From Cycas panzhihuaensis (lineage: Eukaryota; Plantae; Cycadophyta), in the NCBI GenBank assembly GCA_023213395.1, contig CM041465.1:246519741-246583740 (forward strand): a DNA stretch of 64,000 nt. Reading direction: 5' to 3'. A program made the position numbers and the translations under genes. The notes beneath the pieces were generated by a model. It was given only the letters and a program-made list of their open reading frames with translations, ran no database searches and was not told where the DNA came from. This document shows positions 41,300 through 55,744 of the stretch, piece by piece; position 1 is the first letter of the stretch, and each line of letters opens with the position of its first letter.

Positions 41300-44200
41300 G
41301 TATTAGCAATGTTATGGTGCCAAAGTTTGATGGCACTAACTTTTTAAATTGGAGTAGAAGAATGAAACCCACTTTTGTATCCAAAAATATGTGGGAATTA
41401 ATTAAAATAGATTATGGAGCACTTGTTGTAAATGCTACTAAAGATGAAAAGAAGATATTTAAAGAGAATAAGAAATGAGATAATAAAGTTTTGGTATTTA
41501 TCTTATGTGCTTTGGAGTATTATATTTTTTTAAGAGTTAGTGAAGTATCTACATCGAATGAAGCATGGGATACATTGAAGACCACTTATGAAGGAGGAGT
41601 AGTATCGAAACTTCAAACTTTGAAAAGCAAGTTTAAGAACTCTAGGAGTAAATTTAATAATAATAAAGGTGTGAATGTCTTCATCACAAAAATCCAAATC
41701 CTAGTTAATCAAATGAGAGCCTTAGAGGAGGTTATAAGTGAACAAAGAATAGTTAAAAAGATTTTGAGATATATAAGTGGCATACAAAGATTTGAAATGG
41801 TTGCCACAAGTATTAAGGTCTCTAAGGACCTAAGTACCCTTAAGATAGATTAATTAAGTATAATATTATTCATTATAGAAGAGAAAAATAGAGAAAGTAA
41901 GTTTCTAGAGTATGTATTTATCCCAAGGTAAAAATTAAGCATATATTTTAAGGTCAAAGTTTTAGAGGAAGAGGACAATCCCCTAGAGGTAGAGGTCAAC
42001 AACCTAAAAATCAAAATCTATTTTAAAAACAAGGTCAAGGGCATCATCAAGGACAAGGTCCAAGTCACTTCTATCTAGGGCAAAATCAATTTCAAGGATA
42101 AAAATATTTTCAAAGTCAATTTAATTAAGGTCAAGGATAAATTTTGTACATTAAGAAAGGGGTAGAGGTCAAAGACCTAGGGGTAAAAACCAAGAACAAA
42201 GAGGAAGAAGTCCAAGAGATAGAGGAATAATATAACATTCCTATTATAATAAAAATAAACACTTAAAAGAAAATTACTTTACAAAAATATCAAATTTACA
42301 AAGAGGGACTATTAATATAACTATTGAAGGAAGGTAAGATAAAAGATTATTTCTATTAAGTTTAATGAAAAATAAATAAGAAGATTGTTCGTACATAGAT
42401 TCAAGATGTTATACTCACATAACATATAAAGAAGAGTGGTTTAAAGAATTAAAGAATACTAAAAGAAGTAATATTATATTTGGCTATAATACCAATCATG
42501 ATATAGTTGGTAAAGGGAATGTTTCTATATAAATAAATTTTAGAGAAACAAGGTGAATAAATGATGTGCTTCATGCTCTAACACTTAAGAAAATTTTGCT
42601 ATTAGTGGAACAAAAGATAGAGCAAAAGTATAAAATAATCTTTAACAATGGGAAATATACCATCAAAGATAAACTAAGGAACAAAGTAATAGTAGATAAA
42701 AGATAAATGGCTAATGATTGATTGCCTAAACTAGTCATACCCCTATGAGATTATTATGTCTTAAAGGCCTCAATCAATGAAATAGTGAAATATGGCATAA
42801 AAACTTGGCCATGTGAACTATAATAGTTTAGCCTTAATAAAGAAAATAGACATGGTGATTGGACTACTCAATATTAAACATAACAAAGAATATATGTGAA
42901 GGATATATACTTAGGAAATAACAAAGGGAAAATTTCCCTAATTACAGATATAGAGCCAATGGGCCCCTTTAATTAGTATACATAGATTTCTGTGGTCTAA
43001 CGGATATGCACTCACTTGGAAGAGCTAACTTTTTATAATATTTATTAATGATTTTATAAATATGCCTTGGGTCTACTTTCTCAAGTTTAAGTCAGAAGTA
43101 CTCTAATGCTTTATTAATTTCAAAAGTATAGTTGAAAGATAAAGTGGACTTAGAATTTTGACCCTAATATCAAATAATGGAGGAGAATTCATTTTAAATA
43201 AATTCAAAGACTACTACAGATATTTTAGAAAACAAAAATAGTTCATAAATCTTTACATCCCTCAACAAAATGGGGTTCCTAACAGAAAAATAGTACAATT
43301 ATTAAAATGATAAGAAATGTGCTTAAAGATAGGCACCTAGGAAATGAATATTAAGCAGAAGTTATACACATAGTTGTCTGCTTATTAAAAAAGTATACCA
43401 CTAAAGTAGTAAGGTGGGTTACACCAAAAGAAACTTAGACAAGTTATAAGCCAAGCATTAAACACTTGAGAATTTTTGGGTACATAACTTATGCAAATGT
43501 CCCAAATCAAAGAAGGATAAAGTTAAATGATAAAAGCATCAAATATATCTTTATAAGATATAGTGACTCTTCTAAATCTTATAAACTTTATGATTCAAAA
43601 GGAAAAAAGATTATTATAAGTAGGGATGTCATCTTTAAAGAAGATAAATTTTATCAATAAGAAGTTATTAAAAAAGATAAGAGAAAGGACATCATGGTTT
43701 AAATGGATTCAAACTCTAAGGGTATAAATGTACCTAATACAAATGAAGCAAGACCCTCTACTTCAAAATAAAAGGTCCCAAAATAGGTATAAAGGGCTTA
43801 TAACCCTTCAAATATCTTAGACATCAATTTTAAGAGAAGAAGTACAAGATCTCAAAGGGTGAATTTTAAACTTATAACTCAAGTTATGGAGTCTAATGAG
43901 GGTCACAACTTTGGAGAGGCAAACACTCAAGATGAATAGAAGAATACAATAAAAGAATAATATAATACCTTAGTAAAAAATGAAACATGGGAGTTACTGG
44001 ATCTACTACCTAACAAGAATGCCATTGCGATAAAATAGGTCTATAAGACCAAGTATAAATTAAATGGGACTATTGATAAATATAAGGCAAGGTTGGTCAT
44101 AAAGGCTATGCTCAAACAGAGGGCATAGGTTATAATGAGATATTTACACTTGTTGTAAGACTAAAAATAGTCAGGTTAATCATGGACTTAGCTACACAAT

Positions 44201-44613
44201 AAGATTAAATAATCCATCAAATGTATGTGAAAAGTACCTTCTTGAATGACTATGTGAATGAAGAAATTTATGTCTAACAACCTAAGAGATTTGAAGTGAA
44301 AAGAAAAGAAGACAAGGTCTACAAACTCAAAAAGGTCTTGCATGGACTAAGCAAGTACCTAGAGCATGGTACTATAGGATTAATAAATATTTCAAGGATA
44401 AATAATTCTAAAGAAGTCAATCAGAATCTAATCTATACATCAAATTAGAAGGAAGCTCAATACTAATTATAGGCTTATATGTAGATGACCTAATATATAT
44501 TAGGAATAGTGATCACTTATCCCAAAGATTCAAGAAAGATATATGCAAAGAATTTAAGATGATAGATTTGAGACTAATATATTACTTCTTAAGCATTGAA
44601 GTATGGTAAGATT
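41300..44613 (+). pseudogene. pol: gag-pol pseudogene of G, 5' part (gag, PR, INT, RT to just past YVDD)
   Basis: VPKFDGTNFLNWSRRM; ORF 41491-41853 (STSNEAWDTLKTTYEG); YIDSRC (PR); PQQNGV (INT); ORF 43466-43660; GLYVDDL (~44472-44492). Confidence 0.92.
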
Positions 44614-45212
44614 TTTTGAGAAGACAATGTCCCAATAACTTAAAACTGCCACCAAGATCTAAATTCTTTTACAACTAGTTACAGGAATCGAAATTAAAAT
44701 TTAACATGTAAGTTCTTAAACCATAGATAATACAATAAAATGAATAAGAAAGCCAAGCATCATATATACACCCGATATAAAAATAGAGAAATGGAGAAAT
44801 GTACACAATCTGTAGTAGAATATTCATAGCAACAATAACCATCTACCCAACTCTTCACAGTACATCCAATACGTTGAACACCATTAACATAACTAAAAAA
44901 CACCCTAAATTAGGCTATATGAGAGAATCATACAAGGCATAAATCTTGACCATAGAATCTAGGGTATTTTGAGGGAACGACCCTAATTCTCTTTACAATT
45001 TAGTATGCTTTTTAGTGCTATCTTTTTGGGTTGGGGCCTATCATCTCCCAAACCTCTCTTTGTGGGGGAGGTTTCGATGCCCCCCTACATCCCCCCAGCT
45101 AAGGGGGGCTCCCGTCCCCCTTGGAACCCCCTAAGGAAGTTTGGAGGGGAAACTGCACTGCCAACCTATTAAAATTTTAACCTCCAAAACATTATTGTCA
45201 CATTATCTAACA
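44614..45212 (-). repeat. 3' LTR of H (599 bp; ~60 bp deletion relative to the 5' LTR)
   Basis: Aligns with 49166-49824, with a gap near 44780. Confidence 0.94.
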
Positions 45213-45259
45213 ATCTCTACCTTAACAACAATTTACCTGATACCTTTCTTGGACCATTC

Positions 45260-48200
45260 ATCACATTTTTTGTAAGCCAAGAGAAGTCAAATACCATTTG
45301 AACTTCTCTAATAGCACTAGTCTTATGAAATATCAATATAATTCTATTTTATGTTAACATTCTCAAGTACCACTCCACCTGCTTCCAAAACTTGTCTAAC
45401 AAAATAATACTTAAGAGCAATATGCTTTGTCCTACTATGATAAGTAGGATTCTTTACTAAGTAAATAGCACTTTCATTGTCACAAAATACCTTTACCTTT
45501 TCCTGATTCCTTCCAAGCTCAACCAATAGACCCTGTAACTATATTGTTTCTTTACAAGCATGTACTGTAGCAACATATTCAATTTTTATAGTTGATAATA
45601 TAATTGTGCTTTACAATTTTGACATCTAACTAACTGGATCATTTGTAAGAGTGAATACATAACCTAAAGTAAACCTTCTCTTTTCTAAATCTCCTGCAAA
45701 GTCTAAATTAACATATCCATAAACCTAATTACTTGTGCCTCTTAAATACCAAAGCACCTATTTCATAGTTGCCCAATGTTCCTTTCTTAGATTTGCCATA
45801 AACCTGCTAACTACACTAACTTCATGTGAAATGTCAGGTCTTGTACATACCATGGCATATATCAAACTTCCTACTACACTGGCATAAGGCACATAAGATA
45901 TATAATCCTTTTCTTCTTTATTACTAGGACTCATACTCAAAGAAAGCTTAAAATGGGAAGCCAATGGGATACTCACTAGTTTTACATTTGCCATACCAAA
46001 CCTGGTTAGCACCTTCTCTACATATTTCTACTATGATAACTATAGCTTACCATTTCTCCTGTCTCTATGTATATCCATACCCAATATTTGTTTTGTAGCT
46101 ACTAGATCCTTCATATCAAAAGTCCTAGCCAATTAAGCATTTAACTTATTGATTTTTGCCATGCTCTTGCTTGCAACCAACATATCATCAACATACAATA
46201 CCAAGATAATGAATAAGTTATTATCTAAAAATTTAAAGTAAATATAATAATCATACTCACTTCTTTTAAAATTTTGGCTCTCCATGAAGGTATCAAACTT
46301 CTTGTACCATTGCCTGGGTGATTGCTTTAGGCCATATAATGATTTCCTGAGCCTACAAATAAGTCTTTTCTTACCATCTTGTACAAACCCTTCTACTGAT
46401 CCATATAGATCTCCTTATCTAAATCTCCATGTAGAAAGCTATTTTTACACCTAACTCTCCAACTCCAAATCAAGAGAAGCTACCAATGCTAATAGAATTT
46501 AAATTAAAACAAGTTTGATAACTGGTGAAAAGATCTCATGAAAATCAAGACCTACTTTCTGTGTAAACCTTTTAGCCACTAGTCTTGCCCTGTATTTATC
46601 AACCTTTTTATCAACATCTATTTTTCTCTTGAAAACCCACTGCAACCAACAGTCTTCCTACAATGTGGAAGTTCTACCAAGCCTCATAAATTATTTTTCT
46701 TTAAAGCATCTATCTCTTTCTGCATTGCCCTCTTCTACTTCTCACTATGGATATCATCTATTGCTTCATGTTAACATGTAGGCTCACCATCATTAGAAAC
46801 CAATGCAATAAAAATAGAAGGGCTATACCTGTCAGGTGGATAATTAACTCATGTAGATCTTCTAACAGTTAGTAGAGGAGTGTCCACATACTCCTGTAAA
46901 TCTGTTGTAGCTTCATCTTCAGAAATATCTTCCTACTCTTCTATTTCTAAAGATGGTTGGGTTTCAAACTTGACATGTTGATGTTTAACTTTTTGCTCTT
47001 ATTTCACTTCAACTTCTACACTATCTAATTTTAAAAAGGGAGATTCATCAAATACAACATCTCTGTCAATAGTGATTTTTTGGGCAGTAGGATCCCACAA
47101 CCTATATCTCTTCACACCATCTCTATCACCATAACCAATAAAGATACATCTCTTAGATTTTGGGTCTAACTTTGAACATTGACTTTTACCAGTCAAGGCA
47201 TAAGCATCACAGCCAAAATCTTTCAAATTTGAATAGTCACATAGATGTCCAGTCCATACCTCTTCAAGAATCTTATAATCTATTACAAACAATGGTGACA
47301 TGTTTACCAAATAATAAGTTGTTTGAATAGCTTCTACCTATAAGCCCTACTCCACTCCTGCATTGCTTAGCATGCTTCTTGCTACTAGTCTTATGCCTTT
47401 CGATCCCAGCTTATCTACAATAGTTCTCAAACTTTAAGGGGTTGAACTCATCTCCATTATCAATTCTTAAACATTTAATTGACTTGCTAGTACTCTTGTA
47501 AACTAGAGTCTTGAACTGCTTAAATACACTAAAAACTTTAGATTTCCTTTTCAAAAAATAGACCCATACCTTTTTGGAGTAATCATCTATAAATATGACA
47601 AAGTACAATGATCCTCCATAAGATATTGTTGGGGCTAGTCCCCACACATATGAATGTACGTAATCTAGCATACCTTTACTAGTGTGACTCCCTACTTTAA
47701 ACCCAAGTCTACACTACTTTCCAAAAATATAATATATACAAAAAGCCAAATTTGAAAGTTATAAGTTAGGAAGTAACTTACGGTTCATCAGTACCTTAAG
47801 TCCTCTCTCACTCATGTGCCCAAGTCTCTAATGCCATAACTGAGCTAGATCTTCTGCAGTCTTTGATGTCATAGTTGCATGACTGACATCTATACTTCCC
47901 ACTAAAATGTAAAGGTTTCCTTTCTTTAAGACTTTCATAACAACTAAGATGCCCTTTGACACCTTTAAGACTCCTTCATGATCTGTGTACTTATAACCAC
48001 CAGAATCTAGTTCACCCAAGGAAATCAAATTCCTTTTTAGATCAGGTACATGTCTAACTTTAGTTAATGTTCTCACTATACCATCAAACATTTTAATTAT
48101 GATGCTACCAATGTCCACTATCTTACAAAAAACTTCATTTCCTATAAGCACATCACCACCATCAAGAGGTTGGTCTGATAAGAACTAACTCTTGTGTGGC

Positions 48201-49093
48201 CATATATGGTGTGAAGCACTCGAATCTAATAACTAATCATGGTAATAATGGGAAACATTACAAGTAACTAAGACAACATCATCCATACCTTGATTCAACT
48301 CCACCTGATTAGCCTCCTTGGCAAGATCTTCCTTTTTCTAGAACTCCTTCCTTTTGTAGCAATCCTTCTTGAGGTGACCTATCTTATTACAGTGCTAACA
48401 TCTGAGCTTACTCTTCTTGCCTTTTGACTTTAACCTTGATGTGTCCCTGGAGCTTTTTAATCTCTCAATTGCTCTACACCTTGGTGTCATAGCTTTTGGT
48501 ATGGAGGTCTCAAGACTAGACTTCTTCCTCACTTCTTCCATCAGCAAAGCACTCACAATAGAATCATAATCTAATTCATCTGTAGTGCTAAAACTAATTG
48601 AGGCGACAATATCATCTCAGGATTCTGGTAATGAACATAACAAGGTAACAGCCTTGTTCTCATCCTTAATTGTAACATCGATACTGACCAACTGACAAAT
48701 AAGAGTATTGAAAATATTTAAATGCTCAGTAATTTTTATACCTTCCTTCATTCATAATGAGTACAATTACCTTTGCAAATACATTTGATTCATCACTTAT
48801 TTGGTCATATACAAGCCTTGTAATCAGGTCCATAATCTTACTGATGTATGCTCCCTTGAGATGTTAAATAGAACTTCATCTGCTAAGCACAATCGTATTA
48901 TGCTAAGAGCCCTTTTGTCTAGATCATCCCATTTGTCATCGTCTATCCCTATGGGTTTCTTCAATTTACCTGCAAGAGCTTTGTACAAACCTTGTTGTAC
49001 CAGAACATCATACGCTTTCAACTTATACAACTCAAAGTTATTCTTGCCATTGAATTTCTTCACCTTGAACTTTGCATTTGCTAGTTTCACCAT
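45260..49093 (-). pseudogene. pol: gag-pol pseudogene of H
   Basis: ORFs 48824-49093 (KFNGKNNFEL..ALSIIRLCLADEV), 47828-48151 (PR), 47411-47671 and 46999-47310 (INT), LYVDDM (~46185), 45758-46012 (RT), and 45344-45526 (RH, CDNESAI..YHSRTKHI). Confidence 0.95.
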
Positions 49094-49165
49094 TTGGTGT
49101 AGAAAAAGCTGACACCAAAACCTTCACAAACTCTCTACAAAAATAAAAGTGACTCTGATACTACT

Positions 49166-49824
49166 TGTTGAGAAGACAAGGTCCTAATAACCTGAAACTG
49201 CCACCAAGATCTAAACTATTTTGTAATTAGTTACAGAAATTGAAACTCAAATTTAACATTCAAGTTCTTAAACTAAAGATAAAATAATAAAATGAATAAG
49301 AAAGCTAAGCATCACATATACACCTAATATAAGATGGTAAAATCCTAACAGTATGCTAGGAAAACATCCACATAAGAAAGGCATCGATCTTTATTATCAA
49401 AGAATAGAGAAATGTACACAATCTATAGTAGAATGCTCATAGCAATAACAACTAGTTGTCCAACTATTTACAGTACATCCAATACATTAAACACCATCAA
49501 CACAATGAAAAAACACCCTAAATTGAGCTATATGATAGAGTCATACAAGGTACAAATCTTGACCATAGAATATAAGGTATTTTTAGTAAATGACCATGAT
49601 TCTCTTTACAATTTAGCATGCTTTTCAGTGCTAGCTTTTTGGGTCGGGGGCTATTACCTCTGAACCCCCTCTTTGTAGGGGGCATTCAAATCCCTCCGCA
49701 CCCCCCCAACTAAGGGGGGATCCTGCCCCCCTTGGAACTCCCCTGAGGAAGTTTGGAGGGGAAACTGCACTGCCAACTTGTCAACATTTTAGCCTCCAAA
49801 ACATTGTTATCACATTATCTAACA
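49166..49824 (-). repeat. 5' LTR of H (659 bp)
   Basis: The minus strand reads TGTTAGATAA...CTCAACA, followed by the PBS. Confidence 0.95.
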
Positions 49825-49829
49825 AGATT

Positions 49830-50640
49830 AAAGGGGGATATTTATCGCCCATAGGAAATACACATTAGATATATTGTATAAGTTCAATATGAGTAGTTAT
49901 AAGCCACTTACAACACTAGTAGAGGTTAGGTTAAAATTGTCCAAATTTGAGATTTTAAAATCAATTAATCCTACACTTTATAGGCAACTGATTGAGAATT
50001 TAATTTACTTGACTTTAACTCGATTTGATATCATGTATACAGTTAGTATAGTTTCTAAATTTATGCATGAGCCTAAGGTAAAATATTGGCAAGTAGCTAA
50101 GAGAATTCTCAAGTATCTCAAAGGTATTATTAGATATATATTACATTATAGGTCATTAGGAGACTATAGATTGATTAACTATATAGACTCAAATTACATA
50201 GGTTGTGTAGATAATAGAAAATCTACTTCAGGGTATACATTTAGTTTAGGTTTAGTAGTAGTAGAATGGAGTTTAAAGAAATAGACAACAATATCTCTAT
50301 CTACTATAGAAGTAGATTATAAAATAGTTATAGTAGAATCATGTGAGATAGTTTAGCTTAAAAGATTACTTCAAGATTTACAATAAGAATAGGTTGGTCT
50401 TACTTAGTTATTATGTGATAATTAAAGAATAATTTAGATGACTAGGATTTTAGTATTTTATAGTAGGACAAATCACATTGAAAAACAACATCACTTGATT
50501 AGAGAATTGGTACAGCAAAGCGAATTAGAATTGGTTTATTAATACACTAAAGCTTATGTGTCATACATATTCACAAAGGTATTTAATAAAATAAAGTTTA
50601 TCAAATTTGGAGATAAACTTAGAGTCTCACCAAATGGGTA
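49830..50640 (+). pseudogene. pol: gag-pol pseudogene of G, 3' part (RT end, RNase H)
   Basis: ORF 49874-50284 (LYRQLIENLIYLT..RKSTSGYTFSLG) and RTNHIE..HHLIRE. The frame rejoins 44613 across the H TSD. Confidence 0.93.
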
Positions 50641-50654
50641 TTATGGGGAAGAAC

Positions 50655-50939
50655 TATTAGAATAATACCCATATTAGGGCTCATATCCACCTTAGGTTAC
50701 TTATCTGCATTGGGGTGATAACCTATATTAGCAGAGATATTATAGTGGTTACATGTCAAGTATTTGTCAATGCTAGTCAGTGGTAGACTTTGAAGGGTGT
50801 GCTAAATCTCTCTCAGTCCTACTTATTTATTCATGGGATTTGATGACCCTAATGTTCATCGACACCACTATCCTCATAGATTGATGATTCTCCCCTTATT
50901 ACATTATCATTTTGCTCCCTTTATTCCCTAATTCCATCA
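50655..50939 (+). repeat. 3' LTR of G (285 bp)
   Basis: TATTAGAATA...TTCCATCA. Confidence 0.92.
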
Positions 50940-53900
50940 CAGATAAGAAGCATAATTATTCTTAAGGATTTTATAATCATATTTTTGAAGCCATAATAGT
51001 CCTAAGAGACCTCCTTGTAAGCTTAAATGTTGAGTTTAATCATTAATCAAGCAAATATTATATTAACGGGTGATCCTTTATAGATCATAACACATTCTAA
51101 GAAAATGTCTTTGATCCCTACTATAATAAAGAAATAAGACAAGGAATTAATAACTTAATGAGCTTTAAATGGAAGTCGAGATGGATTGAAGATAATGATT
51201 GGTTTAAGTTGTCAAGTATGGACATCGAAATCTATAATTCCTAAGGCCTCCAAGAGTTGTTGAGTTTGATTAAGGCAATACCTAAGAATATTAAGGATGG
51301 ATGTGCTAACTATAACCGATTATATTAATCTATAATAGAATAAGGTTTTCCCTTGGTAGTTTGAATAGGATTTTGAGTAAAATCAAAGTGCATGGCTCTT
51401 ATAAGGATCCTAGGTAAAATAAGAAGTTCAAAATCATAAAAAGTTAAAAGTTCATATATGATCTACTTTCCCCCTATTAAGTGGGGTTTTTCCTTAAAAG
51501 AATTGGTTGCTTATTTTTGGGCAAAAGTTTTATTTTTAGGGGAGAAGTAGGAGGAGTTCCCTTTTGTTAAGATGAACTGGTACGGTTATTTATAAGTTTA
51601 GGAGGGGTTCATCTCTTATATATATATTTACTATGATTAGAGAAAGGATCTTTACACATTAGTTGGTCTAAATTTGATTTAGACAAATTTGGCTGTTATG
51701 AGTAAGGTGACTTCATCCTATTCAAAATCTATTAATTATCATCAAAACGGCTCTTTATTCCATGAAAAGAGAACCATTGTCCAATATAACCTTTAAATAA
51801 AAGAATATATCTTCTAGTAATAGTAATAATTTTTTATATGTCTTCCTTGTCTTAAGTGTGTTTTATCTTAGTTGGAGAGTCACATAGTTTTTATTCAAGT
51901 ACATGAAGTGCCAAAGTAACTAGGTCTAGCAACTATTAAAACATTTAATGACACTTTATTTATAATTATATTTTTATGTATCGTATACCATTGATGTACC
52001 ATGATATAATTCCAATATAATGTGATATTATGTTCGGTTCATCCCCTTTCCAAATAACGGGCCAATAATATTGGTCTAGTATGTTGGCCAATGAGATTTA
52101 TTATTGAGACATATCTTAGTCTATAAATTAGACCTGAATGCCCTTATTTGTATATTGAATTCTTATGTATACGGAAGCTCTGCTAAAATATAGATCAATA
52201 GTAGAATCAATTTTCTTGTCGCAGTTCTTTACAATTAATTTACTTTGTTCTATGGTTTATTATCTATTATTTATGTCGTTTCTACTTTGATATCTTTCAT
52301 ATTCATATGCACATATGTCATCTAGATCATGTTTATGAATTTTACATGGTATTCGAGCAACTTGTCTTGTGTAGGTGGTTTAGGCCCCTTAGATGATTTA
52401 ACTTTGTCAAATCTTTGAGTGAATGATTTAGAGATAGGCTTAAAGCCAACCCAAATCTCAAGCATCTTAAAAGTGAGAGTTTTGTTAAGAGCATCCTCAT
52501 AAGAGGTGAGGTTCATCCTTAGTACTTCAAGATTGAGTTATGCCCTAAGTGCATTCAAGAATAATTCAACAAGAAGATCATCAAGATATTTATATTTTAA
52601 GGCAAAGGTCAAATCCTAAAATCTCTTTAAAAATTCATAGCAAGTCTCCTTAGGAGCATGTTTGGAAAAAATAAGAGCTTTGATACCTAAATTAGAAGGT
52701 TTTCCTATATCAAAATAGGTAATAAAATGATCAACAAGTTGTTAAAATAAAGTAATGGAATAAGAAGGCAAGTAGTAGAACCATTTGAGCACATCACCTA
52801 AGATTATATATGGGATGAGATGACAAAGAAGATTATCATTATTTTGACATCAAGAATAAGCAAGGTAGAAAGCATGAATATGGTTTTTTGGATTATCCCC
52901 TTACATCCCTTCAAAGTAAGCCAAAGAAGGAATAATAAGAGAAAGAGGAGTTCTTTGAATATTCATGAAAAAAAGGGTATTTTTATGATCTTTATGGGAT
53001 TGATAATCATCTTGTATGAAGATGGATGTTCCCATGGAAGAATGTAGTGTAATAGGCATTGCCATATTAATTTTAAATAGAGGAAATCTTAGAGGCATAT
53101 TGTATAACTTGGAAATGGGTTGTAAAGAACTAATACCAACTAATCTAGATTCAACTCCTTACAAAGAGGGGTTCAAAGATGGATTAGACTAATTTGGTTA
53201 CATCATAACACTTAGTTAAAGTGATTCTTGGATTTGAGGTTATTGAATAAGTTATGGTATTTGAACGTGTTGAATAGGTTGGGGCACTTGCAGTTGTTGA
53301 ATAGGTTGGGGAATAATATGACCAACAATAAATATTTAAAGTAGAACTTGTTGAAAGGGTGACAGAATAGTTTGACTAATAATGGAAGATTGAGAGTTAC
53401 AAGTATTTGTAAGATCTTGTGATGGAACTTGTTATATTTGTGATGTTGTTTAAAAAGGCTATATGATTTGTAATAGTGTTCGAGAAGTGGGTATAACTTG
53501 GAAACCGTAGGCATTTAAAATTGAAATCATATAGGTAAGGCCTTCATAACTCAATTGTGAACCTTCATATCTATGAGTGGTTGATTGATTAATAAATTAA
53601 AGATACTATACCATATCCAAACATGTAAATGGGAAATTTTGAGATGATTGTTGAATTAATGGATGAATTGAAGAAGAGTATATTATTGAAAAAAAATTTA
53701 TGGTATATCAAAAATAATTTAAGATATAGTAGCAATAGAAATGGAATGGAAAAAGTTAAAATTTGAGGTCCAAAAGGTTAAGATGTTGTACCTTAAGAAA
53801 CTAAAGATTGTGAAATGTATTGTTGAAGATATATAGGTTAAGACGTTATAGTTAGAGATGCTATAGTTTGAGAACGTGAAGGTTGTAACATTGTAGTTTG

Positions 53901-55744
53901 AGATCCTAATGATTAAGAAAAGGATTGTTAAGGACCCAAATATTGAGTCATGGATTATAAAGTTAACAATTATTTCAATGGTATGTATGAAGAGGAACCT
54001 ACTTATAATGAACCTTGTAAATCAAAAAATTGATGTTATAGAGATTGTAATTTAGGTACATCTTGAATTAAACATTTTCTTTAATAGGACCAAAAGGACA
54101 AGGTCTACTTTCCATAGAAGTAAAAGCAAACTCTAGTGTAAGACCTCTAAGTCTATGGGAAAATCATATCATAAAAGACCAACACTCTAACTAAATATAT
54201 TTTAAAAAATAAAAATGTTTGATATAGAGAATGAGTCTATGGTATTGTTGAGAAAATATTTGGTTGAATAATGACCTTTCCTATTTAATTTCTATGGAAA
54301 TCCAAGAAAAATAAAAGAGGGAATTTCTCTATATAATAAACCATGTCCTATATCTAGTGAAAGTCTTATCTTTTATGAAGGATAAGGTTCTTGAAATGTA
54401 TTAATTTATTCAAAAATAGATCAATCTAAATCTAACTCATTATTCCTTTTAATTTTGCTTAGGTTCCTATTGTTTCTCACCCCTTATGTTGAGTAATTAT
54501 TATGTAGTGTAAGTGTGTATTGTATTTATATTTAAACTTTGGAGGACTATAATTTCTGTATATTTAAAGGTGCATGGAGTCAAACCTCAAAAATCAAATG
54601 ACAACTCACTAGATTATAATGAACAATAGGTGATTACTAAGGATGTTATTATTTACAATCAAAAAATTGTATCCTTATATCTCTAGGTCACATATTTCAT
54701 TAAAAGGCTCTTTCATGTAATAAACCTATAGTAGGTTGATTTCACTAGAAATATTGAATTTGTATATGCAGGTATGATAATTATCACGAGTGTTTTTCTT
54801 ATTACAAAGGGTCCTTGTGAGATTAAGTTTTACTTGAATTATGATTTAATAAGGGTTGGTTATTTCTATTAAGTTTCTCTTATTATTAATTCACCCTTTA
54901 TTAAAAAAGAAATAAAGTAAAATAAAAATAAAACATACTTGAAAAGGTTGGATGTTATGATGAAAAAATAACATATTTAATAAAGATGTTATCTCTTCTT
55001 ACAAATCCTCTTCTCTTCATTTCCTCTAAAACAAATTCAAGGCAATCTTATCAAATGTCTAATATCCCTTAAAAGAAAATAAAATCAAATAGAAAATAAT
55101 AATGGGCTTTGCCTTAAGATCAGGATATAACCATATGAGTAATTAACATATACCTTGATGTATATAAAGGAGAAAATGACAAGAAAAAAGCAAGTTTAAT
55201 GATGGAGTGATGAAGTGAAAACTGCAAGCAAGATGCTAGTAACAAGCTGAATAAGATAGAATTTTTATATAAATAAGAAATGAGAAAAATATGAAAATAA
55301 AAATAAAATCTAAAATGTATTAGAAATACCATTAAAATAGTATGTTTGACGCGTGGTATTGTAAGCAAAATACCATTGAAAGAACTTCTTTAAGGTGCAG
55401 TGTTGTTGAAGAAACAACACTAGAAATGAGAGAATAAGCAGTATATCATGGAAGTTGTACTTTGATCACATGACAAAGTAGGAGTGGTAGGGTGGGAGTT
55501 GTGAAGAGGCATATGGTAATACCATGGAAAGTCTAAGAGATCCACAATATTTGAACACAATCAAGTGGTATCATAAAGTAGAGAAAAATAATGAACATGA
55601 ATCTCAAATTTATTAGAAAATTATAGTGATGGGAAAAAACAATAGAATTTATGATAAATAAGAGATCCAAATTAGCACAAGTTCAAAGATATTTACTTGG
55701 TAAAGTAGATGACAAACTCTAAAGGACCCAAGGTATGAAAACTC

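Larger units (their letters stand above)
44614..49824 (-). mobile_element. Element H: full-length decayed Ty1/copia, Tnt1/Tork-like
   Basis: LTRs at 49166-49824 and 44614-45212, perfect TSD AGATT (44609-44613 / 49825-49829), PBS TAGTATCAGAGT (49152-49163), PPT AAGGTAGAGAT (45213-45223). Confidence 0.96.
38836..50939 (+). mobile_element. Element G: full-length decayed Ty1/copia with a ~2.2 kb leader, interrupted within RT by H
   Basis: LTRs at 38836-39121 and 50655-50939, TSD GAGAT/CAGAT, PPT GGGGAAGAA (50645-50653), and a decayed PBS at 39124-39135. Confidence 0.92.

Noticed and set aside
54460-55744. 5' LTR and PBS of gypsy F starting near TGTTGAG at ~54488
   Set aside because: No second copy and no convincing tRNA complement; left unannotated.
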